Below, in pieces: positions 1-9,385 of a stretch of DNA of 64,000 nt (position 1 is its first letter; each line of letters starts with the position of its first letter). Made by a program: the position numbers and the translations under genes. Below the pieces are notes generated by a model that was given only the letters and a program-made list of their open reading frames with translations, was not told the DNA's origin and did no database searches. The DNA is taken from NCBI GenBank assembly GCA_964007735.1, contig CAXGAI010000001.1:65798-129797 (forward strand), read 5' to 3'. This stretch comes from an uncultured Rhodopirellula sp. (GTDB taxonomy: Bacteria > Planctomycetota > Planctomycetia > Pirellulales > Pirellulaceae).

Positions 1-707
1 ACTTTCGTATCGATCATCAGCCCTTCGATTTGATGAAACATAGGGTAGTGAGTTGCATCGGCTGTGTCAGGACGATAGACCCGACCTAATGAAATGATTC
101 GAATAGGAGGCTTAGTTTTCTCCATTACCCTAATTTGAACGGTACTTGTTTGACTTCGCAGGAGCAAATTGACGGGCGTCTTTTCTCCTGTATTCGCTTC
201 AGCAGTCGCCAGGTAAAAATTTTCTAATGGATCCCGGGCCGGGTGGTCATCAGGAATGTTCAGGGCCACGAAATTATGCCAATCATCTTCAATCTCGGGG
301 CCGTCAGCCGTGGAGAAGCCAAGTCGGCCCATAATATCCTTAAGTTCTTCGATCGTTTGAGTAATTGGATGGGCGCGCCCTATTTTGAAACCCGTTCCGG
401 GCAATGAAGGGTCGAACTGAGTATCTCGTTCGCTATCACCGGAGCCACCCTGAATCCGTTCACTGGCAGATTCGAAAGCACTCTCGATTCGGCCTTTGGT
501 TTGATTGAAGGTTTTTCCGGCAACCGGCTTGTCTTCTTTTTCGACCGTACCCATGAGCTTTTGAACGGATTTCAGTTTACCGTTCTTCGCCCCAAGAAAC
601 TCAACCCGAGCTTCTTCCAACGCGTCTGTGTTCGCAGCAGAGTTAAAAGTAGACTCCGCCTCCGAGACAAGTTGTTCCAGTTGATCAAGAAATTCCTGCA
701 GTGCCAT
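1..707 (-). CDS. pheS: phenylalanine--tRNA ligase alpha subunit; only the 5' part is present because the gene runs off the left edge
   Basis: Absent from the ORF track because it is open at the window edge. My own reverse-strand translation from the ATG at 707..705 gives [18 protein letters not shown]...[13 protein letters not shown]...IPDDHPARD...[15 protein letters not shown]...[14 protein letters not shown]...[14 protein letters not shown], a PheS-type class II aaRS sequence. It lies directly downstream of rpmI-rplT, as in the canonical operon. Confidence 0.9.
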   Translation of the reverse strand, partial: MALQEFLDQLEQLVSEAESTFNSAANTDALEEARVEFLGAKNGKLKSVQKLMGTVEKEDKPVAGKTFNQTKGRIESAFESASERIQGGSGDSERDTQFDPSLPGTGFKIGRAHPITQTIEELKDIMGRLGFSTADGPEIEDDWHNFVALNIPDDHPARDPLENFYLATAEANTGEKTPVNLLLRSQTSTVQIRVMEKTKPPIRIISLGRVYRPDTADATHYPMFHQIEGLMIDTK

Positions 708-814
708 AATGAAGTCTCTGAAAGGAATTTAGGAGTTAAAAAAAACAGGAGAGCAAAGTCTAGCTGACTTCCTCTCCTGAACATGGTTCAATCTGCATTG
801 TGCGAAGATTGGCG

Positions 815-1171
815 TTAACCAGCAAGGGCAGCTTTGACGACATCAACCACTGCCTCAAAACCTGCTGGATCATGAATTGCCATTTCGCTCAGCGACTTAC
901 GATCCAGTTGGATGTTAGCTTTGTTTAATCCGTGGATAAACTGGCTGTATCGCACGTCGTGTGTTCGACATGCAGCGTTTAGTCGAGTAATCCACAGACG
1001 TCGAAAGTCACGGGCACGGACTTTACGGTCGCGGTATGAATAAGCACCGGAACGTACTTCTGTTTCTTTGACTGTGCGGAGTAAGTTTTTACGCCCGCCT
1101 CGATTTCCCTTGGCTCGTTTGAAAAGACGGCGTTTTGCCTTGGCACGAGCTGCACCGTAAGTCGTTCTCAT
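815..1171 (-). CDS. rplT: 50S ribosomal protein L20
   Basis: 118-aa basic protein: [26 protein letters not shown]...[21 protein letters not shown]...[14 protein letters not shown]. This is a typical L20 sequence and lies downstream of rpmI. Confidence 0.97.
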   Translation of the reverse strand: MRTTYGAARAKAKRRLFKRAKGNRGGRKNLLRTVKETEVRSGAYSYRDRKVRARDFRRLWITRLNAACRTHDVRYSQFIHGLNKANIQLDRKSLSEMAIHDPAGFEAVVDVVKAALAG

Positions 1172-1300
1172 AGCTTTCGCTCCTTGTTACCTCGTCAGGC
1201 CTTTTCTTTCGAAAACGTTCTATGCCCACGCGGTTGGTAATGTTTTTGTAAATTCAAATCTTAGGGAAATGCTAAGAATGATCAGCGTGACCCAGCTTTA

Positions 1301-1504
1301 TTAGTTGCTGTATCCGTTCAGTGCTTTCGCAATCTTTTTCTCGTCGCAAGAAGCTTGGACTGTCGTACCGCGTAGGTTTCGTTTACGCTTGTTGGAAACA
1401 GCTCCAGCTAAGTGGCTAGTTCCCGCACTGCGGTGCTTGGCCTTGCCTTTTGCTGACAAACGGAATCGTTTCTTAGTTCCCTTGTGGGTTTTTTGCTTTG
1501 GCAT
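1301..1504 (-). CDS. rpmI: 50S ribosomal protein L35
   Basis: 67-aa protein, MPKQKTHKGTKKRFRLSAKGKAKHRSAGTSHL..., with the L35 signature N-terminus. It is adjacent to rplT. Confidence 0.95.
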   Translation of the reverse strand: MPKQKTHKGTKKRFRLSAKGKAKHRSAGTSHLAGAVSNKRKRNLRGTTVQASCDEKKIAKALNGYSN

Positions 1505-1639
1505 CGTCTATTTTTGCTTTCTTTTCAAGTGACGTAAAACATCCACTGGGAATCCAATATTTTAAGCTCGTTTTTGTTCTTACAAAAGGGGTAAATCTAA
1601 TAGATAAAGCCCCCACAGTAGGTTTTTTAGAGTAGCCAA

Positions 1640-2152
1640 ATGGTTAATTTGACAATCTGGATTTCGTTGGTTTTCTACGCATCGGCGGTCGCCGTCTCGT
1701 TTCTTGTCCTTGATGACAGGAAACGGCAAAAAACCTACCGAATTCTATGGCGTTTAGGCTGTATTTTTGCACTCAGTCACGTGCTTTTCGCCTTTCATTT
1801 TGTACACCACTGGGATCATCAGGCAGCAGTCAAACATACACTTATCGAAACCGAACGAGTGACCGGAATTCGTTTTGAGTATGGAATCTACTTCAATTAC
1901 TTGTTTTTACTTGTTTGGACGATGGATTGCCTTCATTCTCATCACGATCGTTTGGAATTGGCAAGGCAGAAAAGTCTCCGCTGCATTTGGGGTTGGTTTG
2001 TACATCTCTACATGCTTTTGATTATTTTGTCAGCAACCATTGTTTTTGAAGAGGGGCTTATCCGATATATTTCGCTCGTCGTCCTAAGCTTACTGACCTT
2101 AATCTATTTTCGATCTCGTTCTATAAAAGTGCACGCGTTTCGAAAGGGATGA
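1640..2152 (+). CDS. hypothetical polytopic membrane protein (about 4 TM segments)
   Basis: 170-aa ORF with several hydrophobic segments (IWISLVFYASAVAVSFLVL, LGCIFALSHVLFAFHFV, FNYLFLLVWTM, LYMLLIILSATIVF). I recognise no family. Confidence 0.55.
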   Translation: MVNLTIWISLVFYASAVAVSFLVLDDRKRQKTYRILWRLGCIFALSHVLFAFHFVHHWDHQAAVKHTLIETERVTGIRFEYGIYFNYLFLLVWTMDCLHSHHDRLELARQKSLRCIWGWFVHLYMLLIILSATIVFEEGLIRYISLVVLSLLTLIYFRSRSIKVHAFRKG

Positions 2153-2263
2153 GCGGTAATCTATCAATGCTTCCTTTTTTATGGTGTCACACAAAGGCTC
2201 ATCTAATTCGGGTTGATTTTGAAGCAGATTGAGCGGGTGTCCATTATTGATTAAGCTGAAGCC

Positions 2264-3586
2264 ATGGGAGAAGAAAAGGCTATTAAACGTATTGCATATC
2301 TGACTAGTGGTGCTGCCAATATGTTTTGTGGTAGCTGCTTGCATGACAATACGTTAGCACGAGCTTGGAATAAGCAAGGAATTGATGCTCTCTTAGTACC
2401 GACCTACACGCCTATTCGAACTGATGAAGAGGACGTAAGCGTCGACCAGGTGTTTTTGGGAGGTATTAATGTATACCTTCAGCAAAAGATCTTCTTTTTT
2501 CGTTATCTTCCGGCGTTTCTGGATCGTTTTCTCGATAGTAAGTGGCTGCTACGAAAAGCGACGTCCCGCGGCCTTGAAATTAGTGCTCGTGCTCTTGGTT
2601 CCCTCACCGTTTCGATGCTCAAAGGTCGCAATGGAAATCAGCGTAAAGAAGTAAAACGACTTTGCAACTGGCTCAGCAAGGAGATTAACCCTGACGTGGT
2701 ACTGCTAAGTAATCTATTGATTGGCGGTTGCATTTCGGAGTTGAAACGTCTCGGAATTCCAGTTGTCGTCACTCTTCAGGGCGACGATATTTTTTTGGAA
2801 GATTTGATCGAACCGTTCAAGCAGCAGGCACTTTCCATTCTTCGCCGGATTGTTCCTGACGTATCAGGCTTCTTGGTGCATAGCCAGTATTACAAAGAAT
2901 ACATGATGTCTTTACTGGAAATACCAGCGGAGAAAGTTCACGTGGTTCCACTCGGAATTGAAGTGGAAGATGTAAAGATAGCTCAAACAGATCCAACTCG
3001 ACCACGGACCATTGGTTATATGGCCCGTATGTCTAAAGAAAAAGGGCTTCATGTTCTAGTCGATGCTTTTGTGGAACTAAAAAAGATGCCGGACACTGCC
3101 GACGTAAGATTGCATTTGGCAGGCTGGCGAGGAGTCACTAATCAGACATTTGCGGACGAGCAAATCCGGCGGTTGAAAGAAGCGGGTCTGGAAGACAGCT
3201 TTATTGACTATGGTACTGTTGATCGTGATGGAAAGCAGGTACTACTTAGTGAATCGGATCTATTGTGCGTACCTACAACTTATAAAGAACCCAAAGGTCT
3301 GTTTGCTCTGGAAGCATTGGCACATGGTGTACCCGTTGTCTTGCCTGACCATGGAGCCTTTCCGGAAGTGATTGGTGACGTCGGAGGTGGGCGACTTGTG
3401 CCGCCGGATGATCCACAAGCGTTGGCCACTTGCTGGCATGATTTGCTAAAAGATCGCGCAGCACTCAGTGATTTGGGTCTGCAGGGACGCAAAGCAGTTT
3501 TGTCGCGACGGGATGCCGAAACGATGGCAACGAAGACGCTGGAGGTGCTAAACCGGATTGTACAGCAGGACATAGCCTCTGCTTAA
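2264..3586 (+). CDS. glycosyltransferase, GT4-like (group 1)
   Basis: 440-aa ORF. The C-terminal half carries the GT-B/GT4 motif region KEKGLHVLVDAF...LLCVPTTYKEPKGLFALEALAHGVPVVLPDHGAFPEVI (an E-x7-E-like region). Confidence 0.85.
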   Translation: MGEEKAIKRIAYLTSGAANMFCGSCLHDNTLARAWNKQGIDALLVPTYTPIRTDEEDVSVDQVFLGGINVYLQQKIFFFRYLPAFLDRFLDSKWLLRKATSRGLEISARALGSLTVSMLKGRNGNQRKEVKRLCNWLSKEINPDVVLLSNLLIGGCISELKRLGIPVVVTLQGDDIFLEDLIEPFKQQALSILRRIVPDVSGFLVHSQYYKEYMMSLLEIPAEKVHVVPLGIEVEDVKIAQTDPTRPRTIGYMARMSKEKGLHVLVDAFVELKKMPDTADVRLHLAGWRGVTNQTFADEQIRRLKEAGLEDSFIDYGTVDRDGKQVLLSESDLLCVPTTYKEPKGLFALEALAHGVPVVLPDHGAFPEVIGDVGGGRLVPPDDPQALATCWHDLLKDRAALSDLGLQGRKAVLSRRDAETMATKTLEVLNRIVQQDIASA

Positions 3587-3587
3587 G

Positions 3588-4091
3588 TTACCGAGGTACG
3601 ACCATGGCGATCATCCGCCGACCGTGCTGTTGTGGCGTCTGTTCCACTTTACCCAATTCTTCCAGCTCTTCTAAAACATCATTCATGACTCGACGGCCTT
3701 CTTCGATGTGAGCCATCTCACGACCGCGAAAAAGTACGGAAACCTGAACTTTGTCTTTGTGTTTCAGGAATTTCTTAGCCTGGTTCACTTTGAATTGGAT
3801 ATCGTGGTCACCCGTTTTAGGTCGAAGGCGAACTTCTTTGGTCTTCGTATGAGACGTATTTCGAGAAGCTTTCTTCTTCTTTTCATACTTGTATTTACCG
3901 TAATCCATAATGCGGCAAACAGGCGGCCGTTCATTAGGAGCCACTTCGACGAGGTCTAAGCCTGCTTCAGAAGCAATTTCTTTTGCCTTGTCAGTTTCAA
4001 TAATGCCAAGCTGTTCTCCGTCATAGCTAATGACTCTAATCGGTGAAATTCGAATTTGGTCATTAATACGAGTGCTGTCGCGGTCGATGAT
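3588..4091 (-). CDS. infC: translation initiation factor IF-3, with a non-canonical start codon
   Basis: The ORF-track entry (3588..3944) starts at an internal GTG. In the same frame the conserved IF-3 N-domain continues upstream ([50 protein letters not shown]) with no ATG/GTG/TTG. Candidate starts are ATC at 4091 or 4088, or ATA at 4097, just after an AAGGA motif. The C-domain ([12 protein letters not shown]...) is typical. Confidence 0.88.
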   Translation of the reverse strand: MIDRDSTRINDQIRISPIRVISYDGEQLGIIETDKAKEIASEAGLDLVEVAPNERPPVCRIMDYGKYKYEKKKKASRNTSHTKTKEVRLRPKTGDHDIQFKVNQAKKFLKHKDKVQVSVLFRGREMAHIEEGRRVMNDVLEELEELGKVEQTPQQHGRRMIAMVVPR

Positions 4092-4240
4092 TGATATCCT
4101 TGTTTTGAATGGGGGGATTAGCAGAAGTTAATACTAACTCCGTTATCGTAATTCTATATAGATGGGCAGATAAAATGGAGTCTCTAACAGCAAATATAAG
4201 ACTTTAAATTGCTTATTGCATGTCATGCCAACTCTGCAGC

Positions 4241-6304
4241 TTAATATTCATTTTGAGCGCCACCGGAAACGAAGCCAGCATTGCCACTGAATGTCTTACG
4301 GACAACTCGGTTTTCAATTTCATCTTGGAATTTAGCTAATGCGGCGTCGATAGGCATGGCCCCTAAGTCGCCATCGATTCTATCGCGTACACTGACCTCA
4401 CCATTTTCCATTTCTCGGCCACCGACGATTAACATGTAAGGGATCAATTCAAGCTGCGCGTCACGGATTTTGGCTCCAATTTTTTCAGCTCGGTAGTCAC
4501 CACTTACACGTATTCCGGCCTCTCGTAATTGCGTCTCAACCTGCCGCCCGTATTCTTCAAACTTTTGGCTGACGACAACAATCCGAGCCTGTTCAGGAGC
4601 TAGCCATAGTGGGAAGGCACCTGCAAAGTGTTCGATTAATACGCCAATAAATCTTTCCATTGAACCAAAGGGCGCCCGGTGAATCATAACCGGACGGTGA
4701 GCTTGATTGTCCGCACCGATATAGGACAAGTTAAAACGGATTGGTAGGTTATAGTCAACTTGGACGGTTCCTAGCTGCCATTTCCTACCAAGGCAGTCGT
4801 TCACCACAAAGTCAATTTTAGGTCCATAGAAGGCCGCTTCACCCTCTTCTTCAATAAACGGTTTCCCCAGGGTGGCCGCTGCATCGCGGCAGGCATCTTC
4901 AGCCTTGTCCCAGTCCTCAGGGTCGCCTACGTATTTATCGGAATCTTTGTCGCGGAGTCCTATGCGAACACTGTAATCCTCCATTCCGACAGAGGCAAAT
5001 ACAAGTTTGACGAGTTCCAGACAGCCCTTTAATTCATCCGCCAACTGATCTTCCGTGACGAAGAGGTGGGCATCATCCTGAGTGAATCCCCGGACTCGTG
5101 TGAGCCCGCCAATTTCACCGGATTGTTCCCAGCGATAGACCGTCCCAAATTCAAAAAGACGAATGGGAAGATCACGATAACTTCGTTGCTGAGAATCGTA
5201 GATTTTAATGTGGTGTGGGCAATTCATTGGTTTCAGGAGATACCCTTCGATTTCTCCTTCTGCCATTGCACTGGAAAGATCACTGAAACTGCAGTTCTCA
5301 TCCTCCAGCTTCTTCATATAGTCACGATTAATCAGGGCCGGATACTGACTTTCCTGGTAATAGGGAAAGTGTCCAGAAGTTTTGTAAAGGTCCAGTTTCC
5401 CGATGTGGGGCGTGAAAACCTGATGATACCCCTGTCGCTCCAAGCGTGTTTCAATGAACTCCTGTAGCTTCTTTCTTATGACCGAGCCCTTGGGGGTCCA
5501 GAGAATTAATCCCTGCCCTGACATTTCATCAATATGGTAGAGACCAAGCTGTCTACCGAGAGTTCGATGGTCCCGCCGTTTTGCCTCATCAATTTTTGTT
5601 AAATGTTCTTCCAACCCTGTTTTGTCAAAGAATGCTGTCGCATAGACACGCTGCAGCTGTCTGTTATCTGAACTTCCTTTCCAATAGGCACCGGCCACAC
5701 TCAGCAATTTATAAGCACCAATAGCGCCGGCCGATGGAATGTGGGGGCCACGACAGAGGTCAATGAATTCACCCTGCCGGTAAAACGAGAGTTGGTTGTG
5801 TTCTGTCAGCCCGTCACGGATATGTTCAACCTTATATTCCTGACCGAGGTCGTTAACAATATCAAGAGCTTCGTCTCGGCCGGTTTCAATCCGTTCGAAA
5901 GGCTCGTCAGCTTTGATGATTTTCTTCATCTCTGCTTCGATCGTTTCGAAGTCTTCGTCGCTTAATTTATGGTCTAAATCAAAGTCGTAATAAAACCCGC
6001 CGTCGATTGTTGGGCCAAATGCCAACTGTACTCCGGGGAAGAGTTTCATGATGGCACGCGCCATAACATGAGCTGCTGAGTGACGCATCACCCCCAGTGC
6101 TTCGGGATCTTTTTTTGTAAAGAGTTTGAGCGTGGCTTGATTGCCATCGGGAATCAAATAATCGAGGCCTACGATCTGTCCGTCCACTTCGGCGGCCATA
6201 GCTGCTTTTGCTAAGCCCGGGCCAATGTCTTTGGCGACCTGACCAGGTGTTACATCGCTGTTGTATTCTTTGGTTGAGCCATCGGGGAGAGTTATGGTTA
6301 CCAT
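4241..6304 (-). CDS. thrS: threonine--tRNA ligase
   Basis: MVTITLPDGSTKEY... (TGS domain), the editing-domain HSAAHVMA motif, class II core (FRQGEF..., RGFTQDDAHLF, GTVQVD, HRAPFGSMERF) and the anticodon-binding domain. The start is probably the ATG at 6304 (alternative 6322). The long track start at 6388 adds an implausible extension. Confidence 0.95.
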   Translation of the reverse strand: MVTITLPDGSTKEYNSDVTPGQVAKDIGPGLAKAAMAAEVDGQIVGLDYLIPDGNQATLKLFTKKDPEALGVMRHSAAHVMARAIMKLFPGVQLAFGPTIDGGFYYDFDLDHKLSDEDFETIEAEMKKIIKADEPFERIETGRDEALDIVNDLGQEYKVEHIRDGLTEHNQLSFYRQGEFIDLCRGPHIPSAGAIGAYKLLSVAGAYWKGSSDNRQLQRVYATAFFDKTGLEEHLTKIDEAKRRDHRTLGRQLGLYHIDEMSGQGLILWTPKGSVIRKKLQEFIETRLERQGYHQVFTPHIGKLDLYKTSGHFPYYQESQYPALINRDYMKKLEDENCSFSDLSSAMAEGEIEGYLLKPMNCPHHIKIYDSQQRSYRDLPIRLFEFGTVYRWEQSGEIGGLTRVRGFTQDDAHLFVTEDQLADELKGCLELVKLVFASVGMEDYSVRIGLRDKDSDKYVGDPEDWDKAEDACRDAAATLGKPFIEEEGEAAFYGPKIDFVVNDCLGRKWQLGTVQVDYNLPIRFNLSYIGADNQAHRPVMIHRAPFGSMERFIGVLIEHFAGAFPLWLAPEQARIVVVSQKFEEYGRQVETQLREAGIRVSGDYRAEKIGAKIRDAQLELIPYMLIVGGREMENGEVSVRDRIDGDLGAMPIDAALAKFQDEIENRVVRKTFSGNAGFVSGGAQNEY

Positions 6305-6561
6305 TGCTGTTATATCTGTCATCAAAAGTATGTGAATAAGACGCCCATCGCTACGAATAATGAGCTTACAATCTAAGTCTCTGTTCACGTTATGGCGCTA
6401 AGTATAGTAGCCGTTTTAAAAAAACATAAGACCGAAAATGAGATTACTGCGACCCCCGCACTAAAGTCCTCCTTCGTGTCGATGAATACAAATTCCTAAA
6501 CAAAGTCTATCTACTATACTGACATACATAACTAAACAAATTCCACGCGAGATTCTTAGTC

Positions 6562-7098
6562 ATGTCGTTAAATGCCATCACGGTAAATGAGTTAAAAGCA
6601 AAATACGAGATTAACAGCTCACTGGAACTTATCGATGTACGCACTTCAGGTGAATATGCAACAGTTCATATTGACTTTGCCAAGAACTTCCCGCTCGATC
6701 AACTTGATGTTCGGGCGATTGATGCGGCACGCACGTCCCCGGATGAACCGTTGTATGTGATCTGCAAGATGGGTGGGCGCAGCGCAAAGGCGTGTCAACA
6801 ATTTATAGACGCCGGGATTGGGAATGTGATTAATGTGACCGGCGGAACAGATGCCTGGATCCAGACTGGATATGGTGTAGCACGTACCGGGAGAAGAGTG
6901 ATGGCCTTAGACAGACAGGTCCGGATCACCGCCGGGTTAATCGTTGTTACCGGCGTCGTTTTCGCAGCGGTTTTAGAGCCAGTTTGGATGGGGCTTGCAA
7001 TTGCCGGGGCAATTGGATCAGGCTTAGTCTTCTCCGGACTTACCGATACATGCGGTATGGGAGCCGTATTGAGCAAAATGCCTTGGAATAAGTCTTAG
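6562..7098 (+). CDS. rhodanese-domain sulfurtransferase with a C-terminal DUF2892-like membrane anchor (YgaP-like)
   Basis: Rhodanese fold with the active-site loop YVICKMGGRSAKA, followed by two hydrophobic helices and a ...DTCGMG... tail like that of YgaP-type proteins. Confidence 0.78.
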   Translation: MSLNAITVNELKAKYEINSSLELIDVRTSGEYATVHIDFAKNFPLDQLDVRAIDAARTSPDEPLYVICKMGGRSAKACQQFIDAGIGNVINVTGGTDAWIQTGYGVARTGRRVMALDRQVRITAGLIVVTGVVFAAVLEPVWMGLAIAGAIGSGLVFSGLTDTCGMGAVLSKMPWNKS

Positions 7099-7132
7099 TC
7101 ATTCTCAGAATTCAAATCAAAGGACGTAAATT

Positions 7133-7339
7133 ATGAAGAGGTTATTTCTATTCATTGTGCTGTTGGCCGTCAGCGGGTGCACCAATCAGGAAGAGATAGA
7201 AGCACAGAATAATAATGAAACACAATCAAATAGTGCGTCTAGCCCTGCCGAGTCGATAAAGAACATTAAAAATAATGTTCAGGGAACGCTTGATCAGATT
7301 AAAGCACGCGACGAGTACCAACAAGAGTTGGCAAATTAA
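7133..7339 (+). CDS. small putative lipoprotein
   Basis: 68-aa ORF with a lipobox-like signal (MKRLFLFIVLLAVSGC) and a low-complexity polar remainder. Confidence 0.45.
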   Translation: MKRLFLFIVLLAVSGCTNQEEIEAQNNNETQSNSASSPAESIKNIKNNVQGTLDQIKARDEYQQELAN

Positions 7340-9048
7340 CGGGGATTATTCTTGCCGGCAAGTCCGAGGATGCCGTGTAAGGTGATGCCTACTCCAAGGT
7401 TGGCTGTAAGTGCAAATGGCCCGATCCATTGGAAACTGATCGCATGCCAGCCCCACTCATCTCCGAAGGCCAGATAAAGTGCGGTAACAACACCAACAAG
7501 AGTGGCACCTCCAACAATAGCAGGATTGGGTCGTTTGAAATACAACGCATAAATGAAGAGCCCGAAGATCGGCGTAGTTAACAGGTTAACCGCGCTAGCA
7601 GTTACCTCCATAATATTTCCCTGAATAAATTCAGTAAGAGCGCTTCCAAAGACGACGATCACTCCGACTAGGACCGCAATACAGCGAGCGGTTAGTAACT
7701 GTTGCTTTTCGGTCATCTCGTTTTTTCGAAATCGTTCAATGAAGTCCGTTGAGACGACAGCGGTGATAGAGTTCACGCCGGAGTCCAAACTCGACATGGC
7801 CGCCGCAAACATGGCAGCAATGACCAGACCAGTTAGACCTGTTGGTAATCCGTTGGCAATGAAGTGAGGGAAAAATTGATCAGCCTTCAGTTGAAGGCGG
7901 TTCTTGTATTGGAAGATGGCGTTGGCATCTTTCTCTGACCACGAAAGGAAATGCACGATGTCATCCGGTTCCGGCTTTTTTTGGTGGTTGCTTGAAAAGC
8001 TGTCTTCGAATGCTTGATATTCTGCAACCGTACCGGAGGCTAAGATTGGGACCTCAGGTTGGATATTCTTATAGTGAGCCATCAATGCGATTCCCACAAA
8101 GCAAAGAGTGATTCCAACGACGACACTGACGCCTAATTGCCATAGCACCGCAGTACGAGCACCGGCCGCATCCTTGGTGGCCATAAATCTTTGAACGGTT
8201 GTTTGATCGCTTCCGAGTGTAGCTACATACCAGATGACACCTGTCAGAATTGATCCGAACCAGGAAACACGTGTTTCTAAACTCGCAGGGAAGATTGGTT
8301 GTGGATCCCACTCGTCAGGCCATTCAGACGGTATCCATCCGAATCCACCGAAGTCGATAGTAATGATGATAAGGACGGTGACTGCCCCACCGTAGAGCAA
8401 TATCGTTTGCATCACATCTGTAATCACAACAGCCTGTAGCCCCCCTAGAGAGGTGTAGATGATCGCAACAAGCCCAATAAGGGCTACTACCAATAAACTC
8501 CAGCTTTGATCGATATCAAGCATCGTGATCATCGCGTCACCGGCGGCCTTTAAAAGTACAGCCATCCATATCAAACGCAAGGCCAGGAACATGATGCCGC
8601 CGAGTAAACGGAAGCCAACGCCAAGTTTGTCCTCTAATAATTCATAGGCGCTTGTAACCCGGTGATTCATGTAGGTTGGCAACATGACTATCGCGAAGAT
8701 GATAAAAATCAACGGATGTCCAATTAGGCCGACGAAGTGCACTGGGCCTTTACCGGCTGCTTCGCCCGGCATCCCAAGATACGAGATCGTACTTAATAGT
8801 GTCGCAAATAACGAAATACCGATCAGGATGGAGTTCATATTTCCGCCGCCAGTAAAGTAGTCTTCTCGACTCTTTTGGCGTTTCGAAATGAAGTATCCGA
8901 GGAAGATCGTACCTAAGACATATAATCCCAGGACTCCGTAGTCTACGATGCCCACTCCCCCTCGCTGACGTTCATCAGCCAGTAGTACACCGGGTAATAC
9001 CAGTACTGTCAGTAGCGTCAGGGCAAGATATCGCATCAAGGCTTTCAT
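7336..9048 (-). CDS. sodium:solute symporter family (SSS) transporter
   Basis: 570-aa polytopic protein. Segments such as DYFTGGGNMNSILIGISLFATLLSTISYLGMPGEA and GGLQAVVITDVMQT are typical of SSS/SLC5 transporters. Confidence 0.82.
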   Translation of the reverse strand: MKALMRYLALTLLTVLVLPGVLLADERQRGGVGIVDYGVLGLYVLGTIFLGYFISKRQKSREDYFTGGGNMNSILIGISLFATLLSTISYLGMPGEAAGKGPVHFVGLIGHPLIFIIFAIVMLPTYMNHRVTSAYELLEDKLGVGFRLLGGIMFLALRLIWMAVLLKAAGDAMITMLDIDQSWSLLVVALIGLVAIIYTSLGGLQAVVITDVMQTILLYGGAVTVLIIITIDFGGFGWIPSEWPDEWDPQPIFPASLETRVSWFGSILTGVIWYVATLGSDQTTVQRFMATKDAAGARTAVLWQLGVSVVVGITLCFVGIALMAHYKNIQPEVPILASGTVAEYQAFEDSFSSNHQKKPEPDDIVHFLSWSEKDANAIFQYKNRLQLKADQFFPHFIANGLPTGLTGLVIAAMFAAAMSSLDSGVNSITAVVSTDFIERFRKNEMTEKQQLLTARCIAVLVGVIVVFGSALTEFIQGNIMEVTASAVNLLTTPIFGLFIYALYFKRPNPAIVGGATLVGVVTALYLAFGDEWGWHAISFQWIGPFALTANLGVGITLHGILGLAGKNNPR

Positions 9049-9385
9049 TCCTGCTCTTCCTTATCCTGCTCGATCGCCCCTTTTTCGTAATCCCAAATAG
9101 CGTTAGATAGTTTGCTGCGAGTCATTTCCTTACCAGCTTGGAATTCCTGATTGATGACACCCACCAAATAATTCAAAAGCTTATTGTCAATTGTTACGCT
9201 TCGCAGCATCCGTATTCTCCCGTGGCAATGAAAAGCTTTTTATATATTTTATTGATAAGATGCCTGTTGTTAGAAACGGGGCGGCACCGAGTGTTCATCT
9301 TACTACTATTTACAGGCATACATGGTACGATATTCCTCAATGATATGAAGTTCTGTGTTTAACTCCAAATCCGAGGTGAATTGAC

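Noticed and set aside
501-784. ORFs of 88 aa (+) and 70 aa (-) at the left end
   Set aside because: Both overlap the pheS reading frame, which I translated myself and which shows unmistakable PheS motifs. These are out-of-frame or antisense artefacts.
6305-6388. Long N-terminal extensions in the ORF track (thrS to 6388, also 14286, 19953, 28701, 35858, 46201, 48373, 50750 and 54504)
   Set aside because: The extensions precede obvious signal peptides or conserved N-termini, often begin at TTG or GTG, and in two cases would overlap the upstream gene. Internal ATG starts were preferred, though not proven.
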